From Pseudomonas aeruginosa PAO1 (lineage in GTDB: Bacteria > Pseudomonadota > Gammaproteobacteria > Pseudomonadales > Pseudomonadaceae), in the NCBI RefSeq assembly GCF_000006765.1, contig NC_002516.2: DNA of 64,000 nucleotides. One strand, given 5' to 3'. How positions within the stretch are numbered: position 1 is the stretch's first letter; each line of letters begins with the position of its first letter. The notes under the pieces are model-generated. The model made no database searches. It was not told the origin of the DNA and saw only the letters and a list, made by a program, of their open reading frames with translations. A program made the translations under genes and the position numbers. Positions 23,310 to 34,072 of the stretch are shown here, one piece after another.

Positions 23310-25460
23310 TCATCCTTCCGCTCCGGCGCCCGGCGGTTGTAGCTCGAACAGCAGGAAACTGCGGCCGCCGACCAGGAACTCGCTGGCGAACGGGTAGCGT
23401 TCGCCGAGCGGGTCCTCCGGCCGCTGGGTATCCAGCAGGCAGGTCCAGCCGCTGCCTTCGGCCACCTCGGGAAGACGGAAGGACACCGCGTCGTGGTAGG
23501 CATTGAGGATCAGCAGCAGGGTGGCATCCTCACCGCTGCGCAGGATCCCGGTGGGTTGCGCGCGGCCATCGAGGAGCACGCCGAGACAGCGGGCATGCTC
23601 GTCGTGCCAGTGTTCCTCGGTCATCTCCTCGCCGCCGGGCGCCAGCCAGGTGACGTCCTTGACACCCAGCGCCTCGTTGTACTCGCCGACCAGGAAGCGC
23701 CCCCTGCGCAGGATCGGATAGCGTTGGCGCAGGGCCAGCAGGCGCTGGGTGAAGGCCAGCAGCGAACGGCCCTCGTCGTCCAGCCGCCAGTCGATCCAGC
23801 CCAGTTCGTTGTCCTGGCAATAGACATTGTTGTTGCCCTGCTGGGTGCGGCTGAACTCGTCGCCGGCGACCAGCATCGGGGTGCCCTGGGACAGCAGCAG
23901 GGTGGACAGCAGGTTGCGCATCTGGCGCAGGCGCAGGGCGCGGATCTCCGGGTCGTCGGTGGGGCCCTCGCAGCCGTGGTTCCAGGACAGGTTGTGGTCG
24001 CTGCCGTCGGCGTTGTTCTCGCCGTTGGCCTCGTTGTGCTTGTGATCGTAGGAAACCACGTCGCGCAGGGTGAAGCCGTCGTGGGCGGTGACGAAGTTCA
24101 CCGACGCGTAGGGCCGCCGTCCACGCTGGTCGTAGAGATCGCCGGAGGCGGTTAGGCGCCGCGCCAGTTCCGGCAGCATGCCGTCGTCGCCGCGCCAGTA
24201 GGCGCGCACGCAATCGCGGAAACGGTCGTTCCATTCCGCCCAGCCGGGCGGGAAGCCGCCTACCTGGTAGCCGCCGGGGCCGCAATCCCAGGGTTCGGCG
24301 ATCAGCTTGCACTTGCTCAGCACCGGGTCCTGGCGGCAGGCGACGAGGAAGCCGTGGCGCTCGTCGAAACCGTCCGGATGGCGGCCGAGGATGGTCGCCA
24401 GGTCGAAGCGGAAGCCGTCCACGCGCATCTCCGTGGCCCAGTAGCGCAGCGAGTCGGTGACCATCTGCAACACGCAGGGGTGGCTGAGGTCGAGGGTGTT
24501 GCCGGTGCCGGAATCGTTGATGTAGTAGCGGCGCTGGTCGGGCATCAGGCGGTAGTACGAGGCGTTGTCGATGCCGCGCATGCACAGGGTCGGACCCAGC
24601 TCGTTGCCTTCCGCGGTGTGGTTGTAGACCACGTCGAGGATCAGCTCCAGTCCGGCGTCGTGGAGGTGCGCGACCATCTCCTTGAACTCGTTGACCTGGC
24701 CGCTGGCGAGGTAGGCCGGGTGCGGGGCGAAGAAGGCGATGCTGTTGTAGCCCCAGTAATTGCTCATACCGTTTTCCAGCAGGTGCTTGTCGTCGACGAA
24801 ACCGTGGATCGGCAGCAGCTCGACGCTGGTCACCCCGAGCCGGCGGATGTGCGCCAGCAGGTCGGCGTTCATCAGCCCGGCGAAGGTCCCGCGAACCGCC
24901 TCCGGGACCTGTGGATGGCGCATGCTGAGGCCGCGCAGGTGGGCTTCGTAGATCACCGTGCGGTCCCAGGGGACGCGTACCGGCGGACGCTCGGCCCAGG
25001 TGAAGGCCGGATCGATGACCTTCGACTTGGGCACGAAGGGCGCGCTGTCGCGCTCGTCGAAGCTGAGGTCGGCGTCGGCCGAGCCGATGGTGTAGCCGAA
25101 CAGCGCCTCGGACCAGCGCAGGCGGCCGACCAACTGCTTGGCGTAGGGATCGAGGAGCAATTTGTTGGGATTGAAGCGGTGGCCGGCATCCGGCTCGTAG
25201 GGACCGTGCACCCGGTAGCCGTAGATCTGCCCCGGGTGGGCGTCGGGCAGGTAGCCGTGCCAGATCTCGTCGGTGTACTCGGGCAATTCGATGCGCTCGA
25301 TCTCCTTTTCCCCGCGCGCGTCGAACAGGCACAGCTCGACCTTGGTCGCGTGGGCCGAGAACAGCGCGAAATTGACGCCGAGACCGTCCCAGGTGGCGCC
25401 AAGGGGGAAGGGGTGCCCTTCGCTGATCCGCGAAGGAGCGGGGCTACGCTTTCTGCTCAT
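23310..25460 (-). CDS. glgX: Glycogen debranching enzyme
   Basis: GATWDGLGVNF, NYWGYN, GFRFDLA, AEPWD, FVTAHDGFTL. Confidence 0.96.
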   Translation of the reverse strand: MSRKRSPAPSRISEGHPFPLGATWDGLGVNFALFSAHATKVELCLFDARGEKEIERIELPEYTDEIWHGYLPDAHPGQIYGYRVHGPYEPDAGHRFNPNKLLLDPYAKQLVGRLRWSEALFGYTIGSADADLSFDERDSAPFVPKSKVIDPAFTWAERPPVRVPWDRTVIYEAHLRGLSMRHPQVPEAVRGTFAGLMNADLLAHIRRLGVTSVELLPIHGFVDDKHLLENGMSNYWGYNSIAFFAPHPAYLASGQVNEFKEMVAHLHDAGLELILDVVYNHTAEGNELGPTLCMRGIDNASYYRLMPDQRRYYINDSGTGNTLDLSHPCVLQMVTDSLRYWATEMRVDGFRFDLATILGRHPDGFDERHGFLVACRQDPVLSKCKLIAEPWDCGPGGYQVGGFPPGWAEWNDRFRDCVRAYWRGDDGMLPELARRLTASGDLYDQRGRRPYASVNFVTAHDGFTLRDVVSYDHKHNEANGENNADGSDHNLSWNHGCEGPTDDPEIRALRLRQMRNLLSTLLLSQGTPMLVAGDEFSRTQQGNNNVYCQDNELGWIDWRLDDEGRSLLAFTQRLLALRQRYPILRRGRFLVGEYNEALGVKDVTWLAPGGEEMTEEHWHDEHARCLGVLLDGRAQPTGILRSGEDATLLLILNAYHDAVSFRLPEVAEGSGWTCLLDTQRPEDPLGERYPFASEFLVGGRSFLLFELQPPGAGAEG

Positions 25461-25472
25461 GCACTGGACTCC

Positions 25473-25778
25473 TCATTCGCCCGCTTCGGGCTTGCGGCGG
25501 CTGCGCGGCTTGGCCGCCGCCGGTTTTTCGCTGGCGGGCCGCGCCGGGGACGCGGCCCTCGGCTTGCGCGGCTTGGCGGCCGGCGCTTGCAGCAGGGCCG
25601 GGGTTTCCTTGGCGGCCTTGGCCCGACCGCGGGTCTTCTTCGGTGCCGCCGCGGCGGCTTCCGCTTCGGCCAGTTGCCGGGCCATGGCCCAGTGGCGTTC
25701 GGCCTGGCCGTCGGGGCAGCCCTCGGATTCCCAGATCTGGTAGGCGAACTCTCGTATGCGTTTTTCGTCGGCGCTCAT
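25473..25778 (-). CDS. DUF2934 protein with Ala/Lys/Pro-rich basic tail, 101 aa
   Basis: EKRIREFAYQIWESEGCPDGQAERHWAMA; AGGAGG RBS; start overlaps the treY stop. Confidence 0.88.
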   Translation of the reverse strand: MSADEKRIREFAYQIWESEGCPDGQAERHWAMARQLAEAEAAAAAPKKTRGRAKAAKETPALLQAPAAKPRKPRAASPARPASEKPAAAKPRSRRKPEAGE

Positions 25779-28555
25779 GGGGTGTCCTCCTGGGCGAGGC
25801 GGTAAAGCAGGTTGACGGGAAAGTCGGCGAGCACTTCGGACAGGCTCAGGTGCCCGTCGCTGGGCAGCGGCATGGTGGAAAACAGGCCGCTGTAGGTGCA
25901 TTCGGAGAGACTCGGCGGCAGCAGCAGGCAGGTGTCGCCCCAGGCCTCGGCCGGCACCTGCGGCTGCGTGGCGTGGCCGAGCAGGGCGCAGGCCAGGCGC
26001 GGGACCACCACCAGCAGGCAACCGTGACGACTGCGCCGGGCGAAGGCCAGGACCCGCTCGGCATGCTCGCCGCTGACCTCCAGGGGCAGGTAGTCGCCGT
26101 CGCGGAACAGGCCCGGCTGCATCCGCCGCAGCCCCAGCACGCGGGCGATCAGGGTCTGCTTGATGCGACCGTCGCGCCAGTGCTCCAGCAGTTCCGGGAA
26201 GGGCGTCGGCGCGGCCAGGGCGGCGGCGTGCCGGGCGAAGTCCACCGGCCGCCGGTTGTCCGGGTCGACCAGGCTGAAGTCCCAGTCCTCGCGCCCCTGG
26301 TAGAGATCGGGGATACCCGGGCAGGTCAGGCGCAGCAGGCATTGGGCGAGGCCATTCAGGGCCCCGGCCGGCATCAGTCGCGCCGCCGCGTTGCCCAGCG
26401 ACTGGCGCAGGGCCTGGGCCAGCGGCGCGCGCAGGAGCTGTTCCAGATAGTCGGCGCAGGCGCGCTCGTAGTCTTCGTCGGGCGCGGTCCAGCGCGTGCG
26501 CAGCTTGGCTTCGCGCAAGGCCTTGCATTGCCATTCGCGCATCCGCGCGAGGAACGCTTGGTCCAGGGCGGCGCCGTCGCAAGGCGCGTCGAGCGGCCAA
26601 CTGCCGAGCAGGGCCTGGAACAGGATCAGCTCGTCGCCGGGACTCGGCGCCGGCCCCTCGGCGAGGTCGCGGCGCAACGGCGTGGCCAGGCTTTGCCAGT
26701 GCTCGACGTTACGCGCGAACCAGGGCGCCAGTTCACTGAGCGCCGCAAGACGGGCGCGGGCGTCCTCGCCGCGCTTGTGGTCATGGCTGGCGGTGGCCAG
26801 CAGGGCGCGCGGGCTGGCCAGGCGCCTGGCTTCGCAGGCGGCATGGAATTCCTCGGCGGAAGCGGCGAAGCGCTGCGGGTCGAAGCCGACGTCGTTGCGC
26901 GAGAGCAGGGCCGCCGAGCGATAGCAGGCGGTATCCTCCACGGCCTTGGCTGCGGTCGGCGAACTCAACTGCTGGAAGCGCGCCAGCAACTCGCCGCGCA
27001 GGCGCCGCAGCGGACCGGGCGGCAGCTCGCGCAGCGGCTGCCCGCCGAGCCAGCGTTCGAGATGGTCGAGGACCGCCCGGTCGGCTTCGTCGAGATCCTC
27101 GCGGGCCGCCTCTGCGGCATAGCGGAACACCTCGCGATCCTGCACCGAGCGACCGCAGGCCCCGGCGTAGGTACGGTAGACCGGAAAGCGCGCGAGCAAC
27201 TGGAACAGCGCGCGGCGGATACCGCCCAGGGTCAGGTCGCGGCTGGCCAGGTCGGCCCGCGCCACCCGCAAAAGACCCTGGGCGAGGTTCTCCAGGTCAC
27301 CGGCGAGGCTTCCCGCCAGGACCAGTTGGCGAGCCTGGTAGACCTCGTCGAGAAACGCCTCCGGGCGTCCGCTGACCCGCTGCCAGAGTTCGCGCAACGG
27401 TCGTTCGCCGCGCGGATCGTGCTGCAACAGGCTGACCTGGTTCATGAAGTCGTAGCCGGTGGTGCCGTCGCACAGCCAATCCTCGGGCAGGCGCTCCTCG
27501 CCACCGAGGATCTTCTCAACGTACAGCAGCATCGGCGCGCCGCCGCGATGGGCGCGGATCCGCTCGCTGCGGCGGCGCAGGCGTCGGCAATAGCCGCGCG
27601 GATCGGCCAGGCCGTCGACGTGATCGATGCGCAGGCCATCGAGCAGACCGTCCTCGAGCAACTGGAAGACCTTGCCGTGCACGGCCTCGAACACCTCGCC
27701 GCGCTCGACCCGCAGGCCGACCAGTTCGCTGATGTCGAAGAAACGGCGCCAGTTGATGTCGTCCGCCGCGGTGCGCCAACTGGCCAGGCGGTAGTGCTGC
27801 GCCTCGAGCAGGCGGTGCAGGCGTTGGCGAGCCTCCTCGTGGCGTTCCTGGAGTTCGCCCAGCGTGCGCTGGAGGGCTGCGCGCGGAGCGCTCTCGGCGA
27901 GCGCAGCCGCCAGTTGACGCTGCATCTCGCGCAAGGCCTCGCGGTCCTGCCGGCACTCGCGGAAACCGCCGGCCAGGGCTGACAGGCGCGGCTCGCCGCT
28001 GTCTTCCAGCAGCTCCGGGTAGCTGCCCGGCCAGAGGGGGAAGCGCTGCTCGCCGTGGCTCGCCAGCAGGCGGCCGGCCTCGCGGTCCAGGCTCAGGCCG
28101 ATCTCCCCGGCAGCCAGGACCTCGCCGTAGTCGCTGCGCAGGAACGGCAGCAGCACCTGGCCGCGCAACGCGGCGTCGTGGGATTCCCACTGAATGTCGA
28201 AGAAATTCGCGTAGGGACTCTCGCGCCCCCATTCGAGCACGTCCTGCCACCAGGGATTGGCGCCGCCGCCGATGCCCATGTGGTTCGGCACTATGTCCAT
28301 GAGCAGGCCCATGCCGCGTTGCCGCAGCCCCTGGATCAGGCGCAGCAGCGCCGGCTCGCCGCCCAGTTCCGGATTGATCCGGGTCGGGTCGACCACGTCG
28401 TAGCCGTGGCTGGAGCCGGGCCGCGCGCGGAACAGCGGCGAGGCGTAGAGATGGCTGATGCCCAGGTCGGCGAAATAGTCCAGCCAGGGCAGGGCATCGT
28501 CGAGGGTGAAGCCGGCGTGGAATTGCAGGCGCAGGGTAGCGCGGGGCTCAATCAT
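25775..28555 (-). CDS. treY: Malto-oligosyltrehalose synthase, 926 aa
   Basis: PRATLRLQF, HGYDVVD, DIVPNHM, LRIDHVDGL, VEKIL, ATASHDHKRGED. Confidence 0.95.
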   Translation of the reverse strand: MIEPRATLRLQFHAGFTLDDALPWLDYFADLGISHLYASPLFRARPGSSHGYDVVDPTRINPELGGEPALLRLIQGLRQRGMGLLMDIVPNHMGIGGGANPWWQDVLEWGRESPYANFFDIQWESHDAALRGQVLLPFLRSDYGEVLAAGEIGLSLDREAGRLLASHGEQRFPLWPGSYPELLEDSGEPRLSALAGGFRECRQDREALREMQRQLAAALAESAPRAALQRTLGELQERHEEARQRLHRLLEAQHYRLASWRTAADDINWRRFFDISELVGLRVERGEVFEAVHGKVFQLLEDGLLDGLRIDHVDGLADPRGYCRRLRRRSERIRAHRGGAPMLLYVEKILGGEERLPEDWLCDGTTGYDFMNQVSLLQHDPRGERPLRELWQRVSGRPEAFLDEVYQARQLVLAGSLAGDLENLAQGLLRVARADLASRDLTLGGIRRALFQLLARFPVYRTYAGACGRSVQDREVFRYAAEAAREDLDEADRAVLDHLERWLGGQPLRELPPGPLRRLRGELLARFQQLSSPTAAKAVEDTACYRSAALLSRNDVGFDPQRFAASAEEFHAACEARRLASPRALLATASHDHKRGEDARARLAALSELAPWFARNVEHWQSLATPLRRDLAEGPAPSPGDELILFQALLGSWPLDAPCDGAALDQAFLARMREWQCKALREAKLRTRWTAPDEDYERACADYLEQLLRAPLAQALRQSLGNAAARLMPAGALNGLAQCLLRLTCPGIPDLYQGREDWDFSLVDPDNRRPVDFARHAAALAAPTPFPELLEHWRDGRIKQTLIARVLGLRRMQPGLFRDGDYLPLEVSGEHAERVLAFARRSRHGCLLVVVPRLACALLGHATQPQVPAEAWGDTCLLLPPSLSECTYSGLFSTMPLPSDGHLSLSEVLADFPVNLLYRLAQEDTP

Positions 28556-30602
28556 GGGCGGCCTCCTCGGCATCCCGGCGGCTGCGTTCGAGCAGGCGCA
28601 GGCGCCGGTCGACCTGCGGCGTTCCGAGCATCTGCGCGGCGTTTTCCGGCCAGCGCCGCCGCCAGTTCGGGTGGGCGTCGCCGGGGCCGGGCAGGTTCGG
28701 CTGCTCCAGGCTGCCCAGGGCGTCCTCCAGGGGCAGTAGCACCAACGGCGCGGGGGTTGCCCCGACATAGCCGATGCAGGCGTCCAGCGGTACTTCGGCG
28801 GCGGGGTCGGGATCGACCGGCGGTTCGAGGCTGGCGGCCAGCGCCCGGCGCTCCTCGGCGCGCAGTTCCAGGTCGGCCGCGCATTCCTCGGCGCTGCGGT
28901 GTCCGGCGCGGCCGCGCCAGTGGATGTCCCGGCCCCGCCACCAGCCGGACAGGCTCGGCAGGTCGTGGGTGCTGGTGGTGGCCATGGCGTCCGCCGGCCA
29001 TTGCGCCGGGGGCACGAAGCGTTCGCCGCGCCGCTCGAAGAGCAGCACGCGGGTACCCAGCACTTGGCGGCGTGCCAGTTCCTCGCGCAGGCCTTCGGGC
29101 ACGGTGCCGAGGTCCTCGCCGATGACCAGCGCCGAGGCGCGACTGGCCTCCAGCGCCAGCAGGCGCAGCAGCTCGCGTTGCGGGTAGCGCAGGTAGGCGC
29201 CGGCGTGGGGCGGCTGGCCGCGCGGGATCAGCCAGAGACGTTGCAGGCCCATCACATGGTCGATGCGTAGCCCTCCGGGCCAGGCCAGGTTGGCCCGCAG
29301 CATCTCGCGGAATGCCCGGTAGCCGTGGCGGCGCAGGCCTTCGGGATTGAACGCGGAAACGCCCCAGTCCTGTCCGGACTGGTTGAGGATGTCCGGCGGC
29401 GCGCCGACATTCACTTCGGCGAGCAGCTCTTCCTGCCGCGACCAGGCCTGGCTGCCGCCGCCATCGGCGCCCACCGCCAGGTCGGCGACCAGACCGATGG
29501 CCATCCCGGCCTCGCGCGCCTGGCGCTGGGCATGTTGCAGGCAACGTTGGGTCAGCCACTGGCCGAAGGCACGGAAGTCCACTTCCTCGGCGTGATCGGC
29601 GCAGAACGCGGCCACCGCCGGCTCGCCGGGGCGGCGCAGCGGCTCCGGCCAGCGTCTCCAGTCGGGGCCGGCGCCCAGGTGCGCCTGCAGGGTCTCGAAG
29701 CGGCAGTGGTGCAGCAGGGCCTCGCCGGCTTCGCGGCGGAATTCGGCGAGGTCGTGGCGCAAGGGACTGGCGCGCTCGGTGAAGTCGCGGTGGAGTTGGC
29801 GCAGCAGGCGCATGCGCAGGTCCGCCGCCGCTGTCCAGTCGATCAGCTCCAGGCTCTCCAGGCGGGCCATCTCCGCGGCCAGGCCGGCGCGACGGATCGC
29901 CTGTTCCACCGCCGCCGCGCCGAGAATGGTCGCCGGCGCGGCGTGCAGGACATTGAAGAACAGCCGGCTGGACGGCGAGTAGGGGCTGTAGGCATGTCCG
30001 TTGGCCTCGGCCAGGGCGTGCAGCGGGCTGATCGCCAGCGCGTCGGCGCCATGCCGCGCGGCGCTGCGCAGCAGGTCCTCGAGGGCGGCGCTGTCGCCCA
30101 GGCCGCCGTCGCCGGGGCGGCGCAGGGCATAGACCTGGGCGGCCAGACCCCAGCGACGCGAGCGACCCGGGGCGAGGCTGGCCAGGGACGGGCAGCTCGG
30201 CGGCGCCATCGCCACCGCCCATTCCCGCTGCTCCAGCGACAGCTGCGCATAGCCGCTGCGGGCCTGCGCCGGCAGGCGGCCTTCGGCGTCCAGGCGCAGG
30301 GCGATCCGCGTGCCGTCCTCGTAGACCAGCTCGCCCGGGGTGCCGGCGGGGCCGAGCGCTTGCTCCAGCGGCTGGCCGCATTCGCCGACCAGCAGTCCGA
30401 GGTTGGCGCTGTCCTCGCGCAGCCGGGCCAGCGCGGCCAGGCTCTGTTCGATCTGTTGCGGACTCTGCGCCGGATAGCCGAGTGCTTCCAGCAGGCCGCG
30501 CTGGACCTCCGGGTCGACCCGCTGCGGCCGTCCGTTGGCGTCCTGCCAGTCGAGTTGCAGGCCCACGGCGGCGGCCAGTTCGGCCAGGCGTGCGTCACTC
30601 AT
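28548..30602 (-). CDS. malQ: 4-alpha-glucanotransferase (GH77)
   Basis: YSPYSPSSR, DLAVG, GAPPD, LRIDHVMGL, IGEDLG, TSTHD, QPNLPG. Confidence 0.95.
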   Translation of the reverse strand: MSDARLAELAAAVGLQLDWQDANGRPQRVDPEVQRGLLEALGYPAQSPQQIEQSLAALARLREDSANLGLLVGECGQPLEQALGPAGTPGELVYEDGTRIALRLDAEGRLPAQARSGYAQLSLEQREWAVAMAPPSCPSLASLAPGRSRRWGLAAQVYALRRPGDGGLGDSAALEDLLRSAARHGADALAISPLHALAEANGHAYSPYSPSSRLFFNVLHAAPATILGAAAVEQAIRRAGLAAEMARLESLELIDWTAAADLRMRLLRQLHRDFTERASPLRHDLAEFRREAGEALLHHCRFETLQAHLGAGPDWRRWPEPLRRPGEPAVAAFCADHAEEVDFRAFGQWLTQRCLQHAQRQAREAGMAIGLVADLAVGADGGGSQAWSRQEELLAEVNVGAPPDILNQSGQDWGVSAFNPEGLRRHGYRAFREMLRANLAWPGGLRIDHVMGLQRLWLIPRGQPPHAGAYLRYPQRELLRLLALEASRASALVIGEDLGTVPEGLREELARRQVLGTRVLLFERRGERFVPPAQWPADAMATTSTHDLPSLSGWWRGRDIHWRGRAGHRSAEECAADLELRAEERRALAASLEPPVDPDPAAEVPLDACIGYVGATPAPLVLLPLEDALGSLEQPNLPGPGDAHPNWRRRWPENAAQMLGTPQVDRRLRLLERSRRDAEEAAHD

Positions 30603-32346
30603 GGGCGGGCTCCAGGCTGACCGCGATGCTGCGGGGACTTAGGCGGCCGCGGCGATACTCGGCACAGGCGAGGTTGTCGAGGAACAGCACCCAGGTGGCG
30701 GCCGCCGGCGGCTCGACTTCCGCTTCGAGCGGAGAAGGGTTGAAGTCGATTCGCCAGTCACTGCCGTCACCGAGTCGCCAGCGCGCCGACAGCGCGGCGC
30801 CGGCGATGGTGGTAACGCCCAGCGAACGGGCGCCGCGCAGGCGCGGGATCAGGTGTTCATGACGGATTTCCAGCAGTTGCCGGTAGAAGCCGCGCCAGGC
30901 CGGGTCGCAATCGGCCAGGCCGGGACGCGAGCGCTCGAAGGTCTCCACCGCGTTGGGGTCGGGGAGCGAAGCCAGGGTGGCGCCCTCGCCGAAGCGGCCG
31001 AACTCGCCGAACTCCTTGCGTCGTCCCTCGCGGACCGCGTCCGCCAGTTCGCCCTGGTGATCGGTGAAATACAGGAACGGTTCGCGCGCGGCGCATTCCT
31101 CGCCCATGAACAGCAGCGGAATCATCGGCGCGAGCAGTTGCAGCGCTATCGCCAGGCGCAACGCCTGGGGTTCGGCGAGGACGCTGAGACGCTCGCCGAA
31201 GGCGCGGTTGCCGACCTGGTCGTGGTTTTGCAGAAACAGCACGAAGGCGTCCGGCGCCAGGTCGGCACTCGGTTCGCCGCGCGGCCGGCCGTGGCGGTTG
31301 GCTTCGCCCTGGTAGACGAAGCCTTCGGCCAGGCAGCGCGCCAGGCAGCGCAGCGGCTCGGGGTAGTCCTGGTAGTAGCCGTCGTTCTCGCCGGTGAGCA
31401 GGACGTGCAGCGCATGGTGGCCATCGTCGTTCCACTGTGCGTCGTAGCCCTGGCGCAGCAGGCTGGCGCGGTTGTCGTCGTTCTCCAGGACCAGGTGCAC
31501 ATGGCGCTCGGGGCCGGCGGCGCCGCGCAGGCGGCGGGCCATCTCGACGAGGAACGCGCTATCGGGAATCGCGTGCACGGCATCGAAGCGCAGGCCGTCG
31601 ACGCGATAGTCGAGCAGCCACATCAGGGCGTTCTCATAGAAGAACTCGCGGACTTCGCCGCGACGGAAATCGATGGCCTGGCCCCAGGGCGTCTGCCGGT
31701 CGTCGCGGAAGAACGCGGCGGCGTACTGCGCGAGGTAGTTGCCGTCCGGCCCGAAGTGGTTGTAGATCACGTCGACGAAGACCATCAGGCCCATGCCGTG
31801 AGCGCTGTCGATCAGATGCTTGAGTTGCTCGGGCGTGCCGTAGGCCGACGCCGGGGCGAACGGCAGCACGCCGTCGTAGCCCCAGTTGCGGCGACCGGGA
31901 AACTCGCCCAGCGGCATCAGCTCCACGGCGGTCACGCCCAGTTCCACCAGGCGCGGAAGGAAGCGCTCGACCTCGGCGTAGGAGCCGAACAGGCCGACGT
32001 GCAGCTCGTAGATCACCGCTTCGTGCCAGGGCCGCCCGCGCCACTCGTCGACGCGCCAGGCGTAGGTGCCATGGTCCAGCACCTGGCTGTGGCCATGCAC
32101 GCCGTCGGGCTGGAACTGCGAGGCCGGGTCCGGCACCCCGGGGCGACCATCGATGCGATAACGGTAGCGGGTGCCGGGCGGACAGGGCAGGGTCGCCTCG
32201 AACCAGCCGCTGTCGCTGCCTTCCAGCGGCCAGTCGCGGCCGTCGGCGGTCTCGACCCGGACCTCACGGGCGTCCGGAGCCCAGAGGCCGAAGCAGGTCC
32301 GGCCGTTGCCTTGGAACTGGGCGCCGAAGCGGCGCCGGATCGCCAT
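30595..32346 (-). CDS. treZ: Malto-oligosyltrehalose trehalohydrolase, 583 aa
   Basis: WGYDG, DVIYNHFGPDGNY, LRFDAVHA, LQNHDQVGNR; ATG overlaps the glgA stop. Confidence 0.95.
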   Translation of the reverse strand: MAIRRRFGAQFQGNGRTCFGLWAPDAREVRVETADGRDWPLEGSDSGWFEATLPCPPGTRYRYRIDGRPGVPDPASQFQPDGVHGHSQVLDHGTYAWRVDEWRGRPWHEAVIYELHVGLFGSYAEVERFLPRLVELGVTAVELMPLGEFPGRRNWGYDGVLPFAPASAYGTPEQLKHLIDSAHGMGLMVFVDVIYNHFGPDGNYLAQYAAAFFRDDRQTPWGQAIDFRRGEVREFFYENALMWLLDYRVDGLRFDAVHAIPDSAFLVEMARRLRGAAGPERHVHLVLENDDNRASLLRQGYDAQWNDDGHHALHVLLTGENDGYYQDYPEPLRCLARCLAEGFVYQGEANRHGRPRGEPSADLAPDAFVLFLQNHDQVGNRAFGERLSVLAEPQALRLAIALQLLAPMIPLLFMGEECAAREPFLYFTDHQGELADAVREGRRKEFGEFGRFGEGATLASLPDPNAVETFERSRPGLADCDPAWRGFYRQLLEIRHEHLIPRLRGARSLGVTTIAGAALSARWRLGDGSDWRIDFNPSPLEAEVEPPAAATWVLFLDNLACAEYRRGRLSPRSIAVSLEPAHE

Positions 32347-33887
32347 CACTGGCGTACCCCGCGCAGGGCCGGAGCGGTATTCCTCAACAGGCGCCGGTAC
32401 AGGCGGTTGTAAGGCTCCACCGAGTCGCTCCAGAACATCGGCGCGGCCATCGCCTTGCAACGCATGGCGTTGAGCAGCGAGGGACAGTGGTAGACGTTGA
32501 TCGCGCGCATCACCGCATCGAGGTAGCTCTGCGCGGTTTCCTCACGGAACAGGAAGCCGGTGACCCCGTCGACGATGGTATCGGCGAGGCCGCCGGTGCA
32601 GCGCGCGATCGGCAGCGAGCCGAAGCATTGCGCATAGAGCTGACTGAGCCCGCAGGGCTCATAACGCGAGGGCATGAGCAGGAAGTCGCTGCCGGCGTAG
32701 ATACGGCGGGCCTCGGTCTCGTCGAAACCGATGTGCACGCCGACCTGGCCGGGATGACGCCGGGCGAGTTCGAGCATGGCCTTCTCCAGGTTCGGCTCGC
32801 CACGGCCGATGCTGACCAGACGGCCGCCGGCCTGGAGCAGGGCATCGCTGATCTCCAGGGTCAGGTCGATGCCTTTCTGCTGCACCAGGCGCGAGACCAC
32901 CGCGAACAGCGGCCCCTTGCCCGGCTCCAGGCCGAAACGCTCCTCCACGTAGCGCGTGTTGGCGCGCTTGCCGGCCCATTGGCGGGCGCTGAAGCAGGCC
33001 ACCAGGTGCGGATCGCAGTGCGGCTGCCAGCTATCGTCGATACCGTTGACGATGCCGCTGAGCTGACGCTTCTCGACCTTGTACTTGAGGATGCCGTGCA
33101 GGCCGCAGCCGTATTCCGGGGTAGTGATTTCCTGGGCGTAGGTCTCGCTCACCGTGGTGATGTGGTGGGCATGGGCGATGCCGGCCTTGAGGAACGACAG
33201 GCGCCCGTGGAACTCCATGCTTTCGTGGCTCAGCGCTTCGTCGGGGAGGCCCAGTTCGGCGCTGCATTGCAGGTCGCAGAGGCCCTGGTAGGCGAGGTTG
33301 TGGATGGTAAACAGGCTCGGCGTGCGCACGCCGTTCCAGGCCATGTAGGCCGGCGTCAGCGCCGACGGCCAGTCGTTGGCGTGCACCAGGCCCGGTTGCC
33401 AGCCCTGGGCGCCGCGTCCACCGGCGATCTCGGCGGCGGCCAGGCACAGGCGGGCGAAGCGCAGGTGGTTGTCCGGCCAGTCGTTGCCCTGGTCGTCCAT
33501 GTACGGCGTACCCTCGCGCTCGTAGAGCAGCGGGCAGAGCACCAGCATGACTTCCAGGCCGTCGTCGAGGGTCACCAGGCCGATCTCGCAGGGCGGGATC
33601 GCCGCCCGGCCGGGCAGGCTGCCGATGATCCGCAAGTCGCGGCAGCGCTCCAGCACCTGGCGATAGCCGGGCAGCAGGACTCGCACCGAATGCTCGCGCT
33701 TGAGGACCCTCGGCAGCGCGGCGGAAAAGTCGCCGAGTCCGCCGACCTTGACGAAATCGCTGAGCTCGGCGGTAACGAAGAGTATCCGATCCCTCTGTTG
33801 CGGCGGGTCCTGCGGGTGCAGCAGCGACGGAAAAGCGGTCAGTACCGCGGGTTCTTCCAGGCAAACGCCTGCAACAGAATGTCCCAT
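32346..33887 (-). CDS. glgA: Glycogen synthase, 513 aa
   Basis: KVGGLGD (KxGG), HANDW, TIHNLAYQG, PSRYEPCGL; GGAGG upstream. Confidence 0.96.
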   Translation of the reverse strand: MGHSVAGVCLEEPAVLTAFPSLLHPQDPPQQRDRILFVTAELSDFVKVGGLGDFSAALPRVLKREHSVRVLLPGYRQVLERCRDLRIIGSLPGRAAIPPCEIGLVTLDDGLEVMLVLCPLLYEREGTPYMDDQGNDWPDNHLRFARLCLAAAEIAGGRGAQGWQPGLVHANDWPSALTPAYMAWNGVRTPSLFTIHNLAYQGLCDLQCSAELGLPDEALSHESMEFHGRLSFLKAGIAHAHHITTVSETYAQEITTPEYGCGLHGILKYKVEKRQLSGIVNGIDDSWQPHCDPHLVACFSARQWAGKRANTRYVEERFGLEPGKGPLFAVVSRLVQQKGIDLTLEISDALLQAGGRLVSIGRGEPNLEKAMLELARRHPGQVGVHIGFDETEARRIYAGSDFLLMPSRYEPCGLSQLYAQCFGSLPIARCTGGLADTIVDGVTGFLFREETAQSYLDAVMRAINVYHCPSLLNAMRCKAMAAPMFWSDSVEPYNRLYRRLLRNTAPALRGVRQ

Positions 33888-34072
33888 GTCATCCTCCGGT
33901 CGTACGTTGTCCTTGGCGTTGGTCGGTCGGACTCCGTCGCGCCGTGGCATGGGCGAAGTCCTTGCTAGGGGTGACCGGAGGGGAGCGCCGGAAGTTTAGT
34001 TTTTTTTACCGGCGGCTCGGCTTTCGAGAAGCCGCGCCAGGGGGTTGCAGGCGAGACGACGGGCGCAACGGG

